In this document: positions 46,820-59,550 of the stretch, in pieces
Layout of the letters: each line of letters opens with the position of its first letter
How positions within the stretch are numbered: the first letter of the stretch is position 1
Origin: Mobula hypostoma
Taxonomy: Eukaryota
Reading direction: 5' to 3'
DNA length: 64,000 nt
Assembly (NCBI RefSeq): GCF_963921235.1
Contig: NC_086097.1
Coordinates: 195,364,001 to 195,428,000 of the forward strand
The notes under the pieces: model-generated
The model's database searches: none
Told to the model about the DNA's origin: nothing
Seen by the model: only the letters and a program-made list of their open reading frames with translations
Made by a program: the position numbers and the translations under genes

Positions 46820-47561
46820 CGGCACCATCTTCTGATAAGGTTGCTCCCCAATCTGTCAATGTGGCTTCTACGGTTCAACAAAAGGTGCTACTGATGTATT
46901 TAAATATATTTTTAATGCTCGCAAGATCTTGCTGAATATGAGGAACTTAAAGTAATGCAGGTCTACCCCATCAGTGAGTTCCTTGCAGGTGGAGAAAATG
47001 AAGGAGCTGCACTTCGTGAACTAGAAACGAAGGAGGCATACAGACTAACAGCGAGTGACTGTCCTTGTCACTATTCTTATGATCACAAGACCCTTTTGGA
47101 CATTGTTACTGTGGAATGCTGCAAGTTCAATTCACTGAAAGCAGTGGCAGATGGCAGGGGAGCTGCATAGCCTCAGTCATAGTGACAACTAGGCCTGAAG
47201 CAACAGTGTCACCTGTTTACAGTTGCCAGGAGAGAGGCATCAGACCCAGGTGCTCCACCAGGCACGCTGTGGTGCGATGCCCAGGCTGGAGTTGTTGTTG
47301 CCCCCTAGTGTTCACTTGGCAAAAGAAAAGCTCTGTTGTGGTCATCTGCAGTTTTTGGCAGAGTTGGATGGCTTGAATTTGGACTACTTTATTGAGTAGC
47401 TGTACCTTTCTATCTTATATGTGCTATGTGTGCTTTGTGCTGTGTGTGACTGTTGGTACTGTGTTTTGCACCTTGACTCTGGAGCAACACTGCCTCATTT
47501 GGCCGTATTCATGAGTATTCATGTATGGCTGAATGACAATTAAACTTGCATTGAATTGAAT
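46820..47561 (+). mobile_element. Non-autonomous SINE-like element
   Basis: Ends 'caattaaacttgcattgaattgaat' (poly(A)-signal variant plus TTGAA tail). No ORF of recognisable homology. Confidence 0.45.
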
Positions 47562-47667
47562 CTTCTTACTTTGTATAAGAATTCAAGATATGCACAAGTG
47601 AAGTTTGTTTTGACAGTGAAAAGTTCTTCGATAGTTTCAGTCTTGTACCTGGGTTACTCAAAGCAAA

Positions 47668-48371
47668 TGTAAGGGGGTTTCATCTTTTATGTTACTGTGT
47701 AGGCTAATTAAAATGGCTTCTTTGTTATGTTATACTTGGGAATGCTTCTTTGTTATGTTAAACACTGAGAAAGTTCTTGCGCTGGCTGTTTGTTTTGGAT
47801 TATCTACTGATAAGAGGACAAATGAACCAATTGGTTTAGTTGTTATGCCTGTGGGGTAGCTGTAAGAGATTGTATGCACGGGGTTTTGAAGGCAGAAGGC
47901 AGGAGAGAGAGAGACAGAGGATGGACCAGGTGCTGTGAGTCCACTAACGGGGTCGGACCCCGAGGAGGGCGATCGGCGAGGAGAGGAGATGGAGACGGAC
48001 TCGTGTGGAGCGTCTGGTCGACCACCGTTGTTGGTCCCAGGTGGTCGGTCGAGGTGGTCTGAGGGGTCGCAGGGTGAAGAAGAAGAAGGGTCATGAGCTC
48101 CAACTGTATGTGCACGAAGAGATTGAACTTTGATAAGCGTGGCGCCTTTTATTTCCCTTTTATATTTTATTCTCTATTAATTATATAGTTCCAGTAATAT
48201 CTATAAACTGTAAATCATTTAATCGTATCTGGTGTATTGTCTGTTATTTGGGCGGGGTGGGCTACATCACACAGCATCCACACAAACTAATTACCCAGTT
48301 TGGCGGAGCCGAGGGCTGTTTCCCTACACGACAGCAAGCCGAGCGACCCTGAGGGTGGCCAGGGGGCTACA
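47668..48371 (+). mobile_element. Solo LTR (Gypsy/ERV-like)
   Basis: TGTA...TACA termini, 4-bp flanks CAAA/CAGA, CCAAT motif and a CpG-rich interior contrasting with AT-rich flanks. Confidence 0.7.
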
Positions 48372-49769
48372 CAGACAATATCCTTTCCATTAATGCGTTA
48401 CTATCAGTTCGGCCAGCTTTATTTAGTTTGCACTTGCTAGTTATATATGAGATTGCCATATCCCATCTGACTCAAACAATAATTGTTGAATCAGCAGCAT
48501 TACATTTGCACAGTTTACCTGTACATTAACCTACTTATAAAAGCTGCTCTGCCAAAGAAGCATCTCTGTCCATCATCACATTTTGATCTTTTTCTGAATT
48601 AAATCCAGTACGACATAAAACAAATGTCAACTACCATCCTGTATCCTACCCTTACAGCTTCAGTATTAACAATGTGATAAGTTTTAACACAAAATCTTCT
48701 TGATCACTTTTGGTCAGAGATAGGAAGAATCTTGATCTTCCTTCAGTAATTCAGTAATGCACTAAGCCAAGCTTTGGGAAAGTCAAGGATGTATAGATAA
48801 CGTTGGGTAATTTAGGAAAGGGAAGTGAAGGAAACCGGAAGCAAGGGACAAAGTTCAAAATTCAAAATAAATTTATTATCGAAGTACATGCAGTTTATGT
48901 TGACACATTCTACCTTGAGATTCATTTTCTTGCAGGCATTTAAAGAAGCCCTCCGTTGGTCAGGTTCAACCATGGATGTGGCATCCTAGCTGTCAAAGTC
49001 AATACACAGGACAGTGCACCATCTAGGGCAGTATGATATGCAACATGAGGCCCAGGCATGCCATAAGACCATAAGATACAGGAGCAGAAGTAGGCCATTC
49101 TACCCATTGAGTCTGCTCCACCATTCAATCATAGGCTGATCCAATTCTTCCAGTCATCCCCACTCCCCTGCCTTCTCCCCATATCCTTTGATGCCCTGGT
49201 GAATCAAGAACCTATCTATCTCTGATAGTCAAGAACCTATCTATCATCTATCATGCAGCTGCTGAATTCAAAGGAACAGCAGAGACAACAGTGACACCGC
49301 AGGAGATGATTGCCTTAGGGACTCCTGCTCCAGAATTTTCCTTGGGAGTTACTCCCAAAGCCATTTCCATTTGTGGGTATAACCACAAGGCATCAGAGGT
49401 TTGAAATCAGTGTTGTTCTTCTCCTACAAAATACCATAGATAAACAAAGACCAATAAACAACCAATGTGCAAAGGAAGACAAACCGTGCAAATAAGTAAG
49501 AATAATATTGAGAACATGAGTTGTAAAAGGCCTTTGAAAGTGAGTCTGTAGGCCAGACAATTAGTTCAGAGTTGTGGTGAGTGAAATTATCTTTGCTAGT
49601 TCAGGAGCCTAAAGGTTGTAGGTAACAACTATTCCTGAACCTGGTGGTGTGGAACCTATACAATCCTGAGATTCATTTTCTTGTGGGCTTATTCAATAAA
49701 TTCATAATATAATAATAACTATAACACAATCGTTGAAAGACCTCAGTAAATTGTGCATCCAACCAGTGA

Positions 49770-50570
49770 AGGCAGAGCTTAGGAGAGTTAGTGGCATCTA
49801 ACAGTGATTCCTTTGCTTGCATCTTTGGAAACAGCTCTATTTCCATCTTCAATATCTTTGTTTTTCCATTTCAGCATTCTTTTGAAGGCTCTGACCTGGA
49901 GTTACAAGCTGACTATGGTTCCTTGTGGGAGTAGAACCTGCTCTCTGGGTTTCACAACTAGCTGTCATTTGGCACGCCAAGGGCTCAGCCAAAGAGCTGC
50001 ACTTGCCTTCAGAGGGCCGGGATCGCAAGGCTCTGGAGACAGGGGAGTTGGAAGTCGGAGCCTCTGCAAGAGATGGGTGTGTCGTGGGAGACGGAAGGTC
50101 TCTGGCTGTGTGCCCAGAGACCCGAGATCTTTGGGCACAGAGCTCGGAAAAAGCGGCACAATGGACTTTAGCATCATAAACTAGTGAGTTGTTTGTTATG
50201 TCTCCCCTCTCACTGTGAAATGGAGACATCTCTTTCTCTCCTACTAGGGAGAGAGAGAGCCTGTGGTATGTCAAATGCCGGGTGAACAATGTAGTCTCTG
50301 GAGTACTGCAAGTCTATGTCTTTGTTGTTGCCTTACTCATGGTTGTGTGTTCCGGGGCAGGTGCCAATGCTTTTTTGCTGTGGGGGGAGGGGAGATTGTT
50401 GCTTGCTGTCGCTTACGTGCAGGAGGGAGGGGAGCTGGGGGGATTTTGAGGTCCTGTCATTCATTCTTTGGGGCCACTTCTCTGTTTTTGTGCATGGTTG
50501 CGAATTAAAAGCATTTCAGGATGTATATCGTATACACTTCTCTGACATTAAATGTACCTTTGAAACCTCT
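49770..50570 (+). mobile_element. Non-autonomous SINE-like element (family of 20843-21420)
   Basis: 3' end 'catttcaggatgtatatcgtatacacttctctgacattaaatgtacctttgaaacctctga'. Internal match to the reverse complement of 21130-21260. Confidence 0.75.
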
Positions 50571-51232
50571 GAGAAAAAGACAGCAAACCATGCAATACAA
50601 AGAGGAAGAAATAATAATAAATAACTAAATAAGCAATAAAGATCAAGAACATGAGATGAAAAGTCCTCAAAAGTAAGTCCATAGTTTGTGGGAACATTTC
50701 ATTTGACAATGTTTTGTGGAGATGTGGGGAGAACTTTACCAGTGATGGACTAGGCTGAGTACATTACATTTTCTAGGGTTTTCCTTTCAAAAACATTTGT
50801 GTTTCCATACCAGGCTGTGATGCAGCCAGTCAATATACTCTCCACTACACATCTATAGAAGTTTGTCAAGGTTTTAGATATCATGCTGAACCTTCACAAA
50901 CTCCTAAGGAAGTAGAGGGGCTGCTGTACTTTCTTCATAATTGCACTTGCATGCTGGGCCCAGGACAGGTCCTCCCAAATAATAGCTCCAAGGAATTTAA
51001 AATTGCTGACCCTCTCTACCTTTGGTCCTCCAATGAGGACTGGCTCATGGACCTCTGGTTTCATACTCTTGAAGTCAATAATCAGCTCCTTGGTCTTGCT
51101 GACATTAAGTAAGTGACTTTTGTTATAGTTGTTGTTGTTATTATGGAGGTTTTCAATCTGCCCCCTATATGTTGTTTTATCACCAACTTTGATTCGGCCT
51201 ACGACAGTGGTGTTGTCAACAAACTTAAATAT

Positions 51233-54200
51233 AAGATCATAAGACCATAAGACATAGGAGCATAACTAGGCCATTCGGCCCATCGAGTCTATATGGCATT
51301 TCATCATGGCTGATCCATTTCCCTCTCAACCCCATTCTCCAGCTTTCTCCCTATATCCTTTAACACCTTCACTAAACAAGAACCTATCAACCTGTGGCTT
51401 AAATGCACCCAGTGACCTGGCTTCCACAGGTGCCTGTGGCAACGAATTCTACAGTTTCACCACCTCCTGGCTCAAGAAATTCTTCCTCATCTCTATTCTA
51501 AATGGAGAGCCCTATATTTTGAGGTTGTGCCCTCTGATCCTAAACTCCACCATCAAAGGAAACATCCTCTTCACATTCATTCCATCTAGGCCTTTCAAAA
51601 TTTGATATGTTTCTGAATCAGTATCAGGTTTAATTATCATCTGCATATGCCATGGAATTTGTTAAACTTACGGCAACAGTACATGGCAATTCATGATAAT
51701 ATTGAAAAAACTGAATTACAGTAAGTATATATATGTACTTTATATTAAATAATGAAGTTAAAATAAGTAGTGTAGGAACAGAAATAAAAAAAGTAATGAG
51801 GTATTGTTCATGGGATCAATGTCCATTTAAAAATCAGATGGCAGGGAGGAAGAAGATGTTCCTGAATTGTTGAGTATGTGCCTTCAGGCTTCTAAACCTA
51901 CTTCCTGATGGTAACAATAGCAAGAAAGCATGTTTTGGGTAGTGGGGGTCCTTAATGATGGATGCCACTTTCTCAAGGCACCACTTCTTGAAGATGTCAA
52001 GAAAGTTTCAAAGAGATCCACCTTCATTCTTCTAAATTCTAGTGAGCACAGGCCCAGAGCCTTCAATTGCCATTCATATGATAATTCTTTCATTCCCAGC
52101 ATCAATCCTGTGAACCTCCTCTGAAACCTTTCCAAATCACCACATCCTTTCTTAAATAATGGCCCAAAACTAATCACAATGTTCCAAGTGAGTTCTCAGC
52201 AGTGCCTTATACATTCTTGGCATTACATCCTTGCTTTTATATTGTAATCCTCTTGAAATGAATGCTAACATTGCATTTGATGCCTTCCTCACCTCAGATT
52301 CAACCTGCAAATTAACCTTTAGGGAATCCTGCAAGAGGACTCTCAAATCCCTTTGCACCTCATATTTTTTGAATTTTCTCCCCACTTAGAAAATTGTCTG
52401 TACTTTAATTCGTTCTGCCAATGTGCATGACCATACACTTGCTGACACTATATTCCCTCTGCCACCTCTTTTCCATTCTCCTAATTTGTCTAAATCCTTC
52501 TTCAGCCTCTCTGCTTCCTTAACATTACTTGTCCCTCCACCTACCTTTATATAGTCCACAAAGCTGGCCACAAAGTCATCAATTACATCATCCAAACTGA
52601 TGGCAAATAATGTACAAAGAAGCATTTCAACAGAGACTCCTGTGGAACAATACTAGTCTCCGGTAGCCATACGAAAAGGTTCCCTTTTATTCTCACTCCT
52701 TGCCTCCTGCCAATCAGCCGATGCTCTATCTGCACTAATACATTTCCTCTAGTATCCTGGGCTCTTATCTTATTCAGCAGCCTCACGTGCATCAACTTGT
52801 CAAAGGTCATCTGAAAATCCAAGTAGATTCCATCCACTGATTCTCCTTTATCTATCTTGTTTGTTACTTCTTCAAAGAACTTCAGCAGACTAGTCAGGCA
52901 AGATTTTCCCTAAGGAAGACTGCTGACTTCAGCTTCTTTGGTCATGTGTCTCCAGGTACCCAGAAACCTTATCCTTAACAATCAACTCCTACATCCTCCC
53001 AACCACTGAGGTCAGGCTAAATGACCCTATAATTTCCCTTCTTCTGCCTCACTCCCTTCTTGAAGAGTGTGTTATGTTTTGAAATTTCTAAATATTAGAC
53101 TAATTCAAATGAAGACATGGGGGTCCTGGAATATTTATATATAACTCACAATTAATTAGTTATACTAACAAGAATGCTAATGAAACAATTGATTTACAAG
53201 ATTACCCAAATATTATTAAAATATTAAATACACAACAGCCCTCCCTGCTTAGCTATAAATGCCTACTCAATATAGAATGCATCTCAACTATATACACAGT
53301 ATACTGTATAATACAACAACAACATACAGATATCCACAGCATAGTAAACTTTAAATTGTCCCATTCAGGCCTAAAGATTTAATAGCTGTGGAGGATTCCT
53401 TGCTCTCCATCTCTACCCTCCTTTTTCTTCTTCCATTTTGTGCATCTTGCTCCTTTTACAATCTGATCTCTCCTCTTGGTTTCCACATCCACAACATCAT
53501 GATGAATCCTCTGTTTTTGTATCCCCATTGACTCCTTTCTTTTTGGCCTTCCAACTGAGCTTTGGTCTTTTCATCTGCTTTTATAAGCAGCTTTTTGTCT
53601 CCCACTTATAATTCATGCCATAACCTTAATGAAAGTGGACTAGGTTCTGGATCTTTATACTCACAAAAGCTGAATACTTCCAACTTTCCTGTAGCTTCTT
53701 GAACTGTCTTCCAGTTTATAGCTTAACCACATTTTGCAAGTAACTGCCTGTTTCACATATCAGAAGCTTTCTCAGATATGTTACTTACAGGCACTGTTGT
53801 AGTCGGACCATTGCATTTGTCACGTTTATGTTTCCTCTGAGCAGATGTCTGCCAAATTGACTGTAATGTCCAATTAAGTTGTAGTTGTCTCAGCGAATCA
53901 TATCCCCACAATGCAGGTCCTTCTGTTTTTACCACATACAAGGTCAATGTGGCTTGTTGGTTGTTGTATTTCGCTATCATTTATGTCATTCCCACAGGAG
54001 TTATCTTTTTCCAGTAGAAGTTCTACTTGGATATCTACAAGCTTCAGTTTGGTATCTTTGAAATGTCATTCAAACTCATCTTGTGGAATGAATGAAACAG
54101 CTAAACCAGCATCTAATTCCACTTTAATTAATTTGTTCTTCACTTCTGGCATAAGCCATATTGCTTGTCTCTTACTAATTTTCATAGTCGGCCAGTTTCT

Positions 54201-55700
54201 GTTTAGACAGTGTAATTCTATTCACACTCACTTTCATTCCTGACCGTAACTCAGTTGCCTCTCTGTCTGCGATTATACAGTACATTGAAACAGCAATTTC
54301 CACTGCCTGTCTTTTCTGAAAGTCTCATTATAAATTATCTCTGCTTATAGACCAACATCCCTATCCTCAGCCCTATCACTCTTGTTCCTATCCCCCTGAC
54401 AAATTAGTTTAAGCCCTCCCTAGCAGTTCTAGCAAACTTGTTCGTAAGGATATTGGTCCCCCTCAGGTTCAGGTGTAGCCTTTTGTACAGGTCATACCTT
54501 CCCCAGAAGATATCCCAATGATCCAGAAACCTGAAACCCTGCCCCCTGCACCAGTTTCTCATCCACGCATTTATCTGCCAGATCATCCTATTCTTGTCCT
54601 CACTGGCACATGGAACAGGAAGCAATCCAGGAATTGTTACCCTGGAGGTCTTGCTTTTCAGTTTTCTACCTAGCTCTCTAAATTCCCTCCTTAGGACATC
54701 CTCTCTTTTCCTTCCTATGTCATGGTATCAATATGTTCCAAGACCCTACTAATTACCCTACTACTTTAGAATATTGTGGACACTATTTGAAATGTCCCTG
54801 ACCCTGGCACCTGGGAGGCAACATATCACCCGGGTCTCTCTATCACATCCACTGACTCTCCTACCTACTCCATCTATGGAATCTCTGATCACCACTGCAT
54901 TCTTCCTCTGAACCCTTCCCTTCTGAACCACAGTCAATGCAGCTCCCTCCACCCCCATCCCGTATCCAAAATGAAATGGTATACTTGTTATAGAGGGGTA
55001 GGGCCACAGGGGTACTCTGTACTGCCTGAATCTTTCCCTTTCCTCTCCTGACAGTCACCCAGTCACCTGCCTCCTACAAGCTAGAGGTGACTACCTCTCT
55101 GTAGCTTCTATCATTTCCTCAGTTTCCCTTTTGAGTTGAAAGTCATTGAGTTGCAGCTCCAATTCCTTAATACATCCTCTGAGGAGCTGCAGATCTGTGC
55201 TCCTGGTGGAAATGTGTTTATCCAGAAGTCTGGAGGTCTGCCAGAATCTCCACATCTCACACAAAGACCAAAACACAGTCAGGAGCCATTCTTACTGCTC
55301 TAACTATATACCCACAGCTGAAGAATGAGCACGAAAAAGCTTACCAGATAATCAAGTTGCCCATGCCTGTTATCACCCAAGCCTGTTGAGCTAAAGCTGA
55401 AAGTCTCCCAACCTTAACACTGCCCCACTCCAACAATGGCAGATCTGCTTGCCCCTGCCTTATTTTTATTTGACCTTGCTAATGAATTCTGAACTCTGAT
55501 TCAAGCTATTCAAGCTCCAATATAACAGTTGATTTTTAAAGCTTCCTCCTTGACCAAGTGCTACTTTTCACGCCCAAACTCCAAATGGCTAACGTTCCAG
55601 CTCTGACAAAGCAGCTATTAAGCACTGACTTTTAAAGCTTTGTTCTGAATCTGGGTGAAGACACCGTCACTTTTCACCTCCAACCTCCAGTTGGCCACTG
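51233..55700 (-). mobile_element. Decayed CR1 LINE (5' UTR, ORF1, RT, 3' UTR) with nested Rex-like 3' end (51615-52000) and Gypsy remnant
   Basis: Minus ORFs 54404-54625 (QINAWMRNWC...FLDHWD), 54761-54958 (CLPGARVRD), 52583-52837 (LDFQMTFDK) and 52170-52385. Tail 'cataagaccataagacatagg'. Confidence 0.85.
53070..54190 (-). mobile_element. Gypsy (Mag/K02A2.6-like) LTR retrotransposon remnant: protease, integrase tail, PPT, 3' LTR
   Basis: Minus strand encodes KLIKVELDAGLAVS (DTG-like protease) and LYVVKTEGPALWG...QLQLNW. PPT AGCAGGGAGGGC (53238-53249) precedes LTR TGTTG...TAACA (53237-53070). Confidence 0.8.
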
Positions 55701-55924
55701 TTCAAGGTGATCAATATGGCATTGAAGCTGTGCTTAGGCTCACAGGCACAAGTGTAAAACAAGCAGAGCAGGGAGCTAAGCCCATAACCTTGTGGTGAAC
55801 TTGTGCTGAGGGAGATTGCGGAGGACATGTTGTTGCCAATTCATACTAATTGGAGTCTGCCAGTGAGGAAATTGAGGATCCTTTTGCACAGAGAGGTATC
55901 AAGGCCAAGGTTTTGAAATTAGTA

Positions 55925-57095
55925 ACACAAGAGATCCTGCCGCTGCTGGAAACCCAAAGCCACGCATACAAAATTCTGGTGGAACTCAGGTCAGACAGCA
56001 TCTATGGAAATACATAAATAGTCAACATTTTGGGCCAAGACCCTTTATCAGGACTGGAAAGTAAACAGGAAGAAACCGGAATAAGAAGGTAGAGGGAGGG
56101 GAAGGAGTACAAGCTAGAAGGTGATAGGTGAAGCCAAGTGGAAGGGGGGAGGGAAGATGAACTAGGAAGCTGGGAAGTGATAAGTGGAAATGCAAGGGGC
56201 TATAGAAGAAGGAATTTGATAGGGTAAAATCATGGGAGAAAGGAAGGAGGCGGGGGATATGTTAGGCAGGTGAAGAAAAAAGTTAAGAGGCCAGAGAATG
56301 GAAATGAAGAAGAGAGAAGAAGCAGGTGGAAAATGTTCCCAGAAGTTGGAGAAATCAATGTTCATGTCGTCAGGTTGGAGGCTACCTAGACACAATAAAT
56401 GGGTGTTGTTCTACCATCCTGAGAGTGGCCTCACTGTAGCAGAAAAGGAGGCCACAGACTATCAAGTTGGAATAGGAATGGGGACAGGAATTGAAATGGT
56501 TGGCCAGTGGTAAATTCCACTTTTTGCAGATGGAGCTGAGGTGCTTGACAAAGCGGTCCCCAATCTACATTGGATGTCAGTAATGTACAGGAGACCACAC
56601 CTGGAACACCAGATACAGTAGATGGTCGTATGTGTAGTTCTGCCTCACCTGGAATGACTGATTTTGGCCCTGAATGGAGGAGTGGGAGGAGGTGAAAGGG
56701 CAGGTGTAGCACTTCTGCAGGAATAAATGTCAGGAGGGAGATTAAAGGGGAAGCATGAATGGGCAAGTGAATCTCAGAGGGAGCAATCCCTGCGGAAAGT
56801 CGAGAGTGAGGTGGGAGATAAAAAATATGATTGACAGTAGGACACATTGAAGATAATGGAAATTGTGGAAAATTATGCTTTGGATGCAGAGGTTCACAGG
56901 ATGGTAAGTGGGGACAAGAGGAACTCTATGCCCATTAGGGCAGTGGGAAGATGGGGTGAGTGCGAATGTCCGGGAAATGGAGATGTGAGTGAGAGCAGCA
57001 TCAATAGTACGGTAAGGAAAATTCTATTTTTAGAAGTAGGAGGACATCTCTGATACCCTAGAAAGGCAAGCCTCATTCTGGCAACAGATGCAGCA
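55925..57095 (-). mobile_element. Penelope-like element (Neptune type), decayed
   Basis: 'CLGSLQPDDMNIDFSNF' C-terminus, homology to 42100-43227, and a degenerate hammerhead at 56020-56056. Confidence 0.85.
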
Positions 57096-58869
57096 GAGAT
57101 TAGTGATGAGGTGATGATTCTAATGTACGGTGAGCTGGAGTCAATGAAAACATTCCTGACGTATACATGTTCATTGTCTTCCAGATCTGAGTGAAGAGCC
57201 AATGAAATGACATCTGCTCTTGACCTGTTGTGACAGCAGGCAAACTGGATCACCATTATTTTAATGACTATCATTCTGCAAGCAAAGAGCAGTAATAGCA
57301 TCTAGAACCCAAAACTGGGACTCAGTAATTGACTGTAATTAACACCAATTGCCTACTAAGATAACCATTTTGGAATTACAGATGCTGCAGACAATATGAG
57401 CTGAAGTATTATGAAATAATTTCTTTATGCCTGTAACTTCCTTTGATTCTAAAACTAGAAAATAGGAGATTAGAGAAAAGACATAGGACATCTATTACAT
57501 ATTGTATATTTTGCTAACATCACTATCAGAGTGATAAATTGACAATATTCCAGTGTTTAATTCTACATTTCTACTAAGGCTGATCCTTACTCAATGTCCT
57601 CTGAAAATGACCTTTTCCAGATTTTGTAAAGTTAATCTCAAAATAAAATGATTTCAAATACAATTGTTTATATCTACAAAATTGAATATGGCAGAACAGT
57701 TTAGTTAGGTAGCATAAATTATTTCAAAGGTTAGCAGAAATTACACAAGTAGAAATGCCATTGTATAAATTAGAACAAATGGCCAAATGTACTTTGGTTT
57801 TCAAAAATCATCAACGACAGAACAGTGGGTTGCCGGTTAAGAGCAAGTCTTGGACAAAGACAGCACCTATAAGCTATGCAGCCCCACACACTGGTTCCAC
57901 TTTTTCCCCAGCGCTAGCATTAAAGTCACAGTTTGCACAAAGGTTTCTTGGTCAGTACTGGTTTTAATGGAAACCTACAAGTCTCAAATGTTCTTCTTTT
58001 CATGCTGCTATTGTCCAGAGTCACCAGGAAACTCACAGTGCAGCTTCTTCAAGCCCAAGGGGTTAAACTGTTAAGGAGAGCAGAAATGGTACAGCATAGG
58101 TGTACTTGAGACAAGAACTGGTGAGAGTAGTACAAGAGGAACAAGAAGCAAGTGCCAGAAATGGATGTCACAACCATCCATTGGAGAAGACAGGGATTGT
58201 GACCTTCAGTTGTTAGAACAAAAAGATTTGATAAGAAGTATCTAGAGAAATAGGCCAAAAAATAGGCCATGTGATGAATCTTCCAGAGAGCCAGTAACCT
58301 GTAGTGAATAGAAACTATGGTGTTACTTTGAGAATGCTTAGTATCATCAGAGAGACAGTGGTGTAAACTCATGCATTCAAACCTCAATTCCTGACTTACC
58401 ATTTCTCATGTTTTCTTGCACATCTGCCCTAATGGCTTTGAGTTCATATCTCCTCATCCATCAACAAGTTAGTCAAATTGACTTGAAAAAGCACTGAGAG
58501 AGGTATCAACACTGCATTGAGATTTGTTGTGTGGATCAGCTAGAACGGTGGCAAAAGTCTGTAAACAGGGACGTGTAAGTGCCCAAGGAGAGTGCAAATA
58601 TCTGTAAGGTAAACTATGTGTACATCTCTATCTCCTGTAAGGCTGCTGTAACTTCCTGTGTGGTTGGGAATTTCTATGATCAATCTTGTCTTGAACACTT
58701 ACTGCTCATTTGAGGATACCTTTCTCCTAACCATCTCCAAGCTATGGGAGAGCTCCAAGAAGAAGATGTAGATTAGATGATAAAAGGCACGATGCGACAA
58801 GATTATACTGTGTGCCATAAAAAGTTCATTGTATATGATAATGTTATTTTGAAGGCTGGGAAACTCCAT

Positions 58870-59550
58870 TGCAAAGAAATTCACAAAATGCTAGAGGAAC
58901 TCAACATGCCAAGATCCTTCATCAGGACTGAAAAGGAAGAGGGAAGAAACCAGAAAAAGAAGGTGGGGGAGGGGGAGGAGGTGATAGGTGAAGCTGGTTG
59001 AGGAGGAAGGAGGGTAGGTGGGGGAGTGGAATGAAGTGGGAAGCTGAGAGGCAGTAGGTGGAAAAGTTAAAGGGCTAAAGAAGAAATCTGATTAGAGAGG
59101 ACAGTGGACTATGGGAGAAAGGGAAAGAGGAGGGGCACTAGAAGAGATGACCAGGTGAGGAGAAGAGCTGAAGAGGAGAGTCAGAATGGGGAATGAAAAA
59201 TAAAGAAGAGGGAGGAGGGAAAAATTACCAGAGGTTAGAGAAATCAATGTTCATGCTGTCAGGTGGGGCTACCCATGCAGAATAGAGGTGTTGCTCCACC
59301 AACTTGAGAGTGGCAGTAGAGGAGGCCATAGATCGACATGTTGGAACAGGAATGGGAATTAGAATTAAAATAGTAGCCACCAGAAAATCCCACCTGCTGT
59401 GGTGGACAAAGCGAAAATACTCGACGAAATAGTTCCCCAATCTACATTGGGTCTCAATGATGAAGAGGAGGCTGCATCAGGAGCACCAGATACAGCAGAT
59501 GACACCATCAGACTTACTGGTGAAGTAGATGTCAGGTGTAAAATACCTGT
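58870..59550 (-). mobile_element. Penelope-like element 3' fragment, decayed
   Basis: GIY-YIG remnant (VICCIWCS*CSLL), 'PDSMNIDFSNLW', and a partial hammerhead 'cagtcctgatgaaggatct' (reverse complement of about 58912-58930). Confidence 0.8.

Larger units (their letters stand above)
50700..57250 (-). mobile_element. Rex1/Babar-like LINE in three pieces (about 50700-51232, 55712-55922, 57095-57250) hosting CR1 and PLE insertions
   Basis: 'gtcaacaaacttaaatat' (51232) continues as 'aatatggcattg' (55713). Minus-strand remnants IFKFVDNTTVVG, FLRSL and 'ISLALHSDL...YVRNVFIDSSS'. Confidence 0.75.

Noticed and set aside
47843..48115. CpG island / host promoter
   Set aside because: Lies wholly within the solo-LTR candidate 47668-48371.
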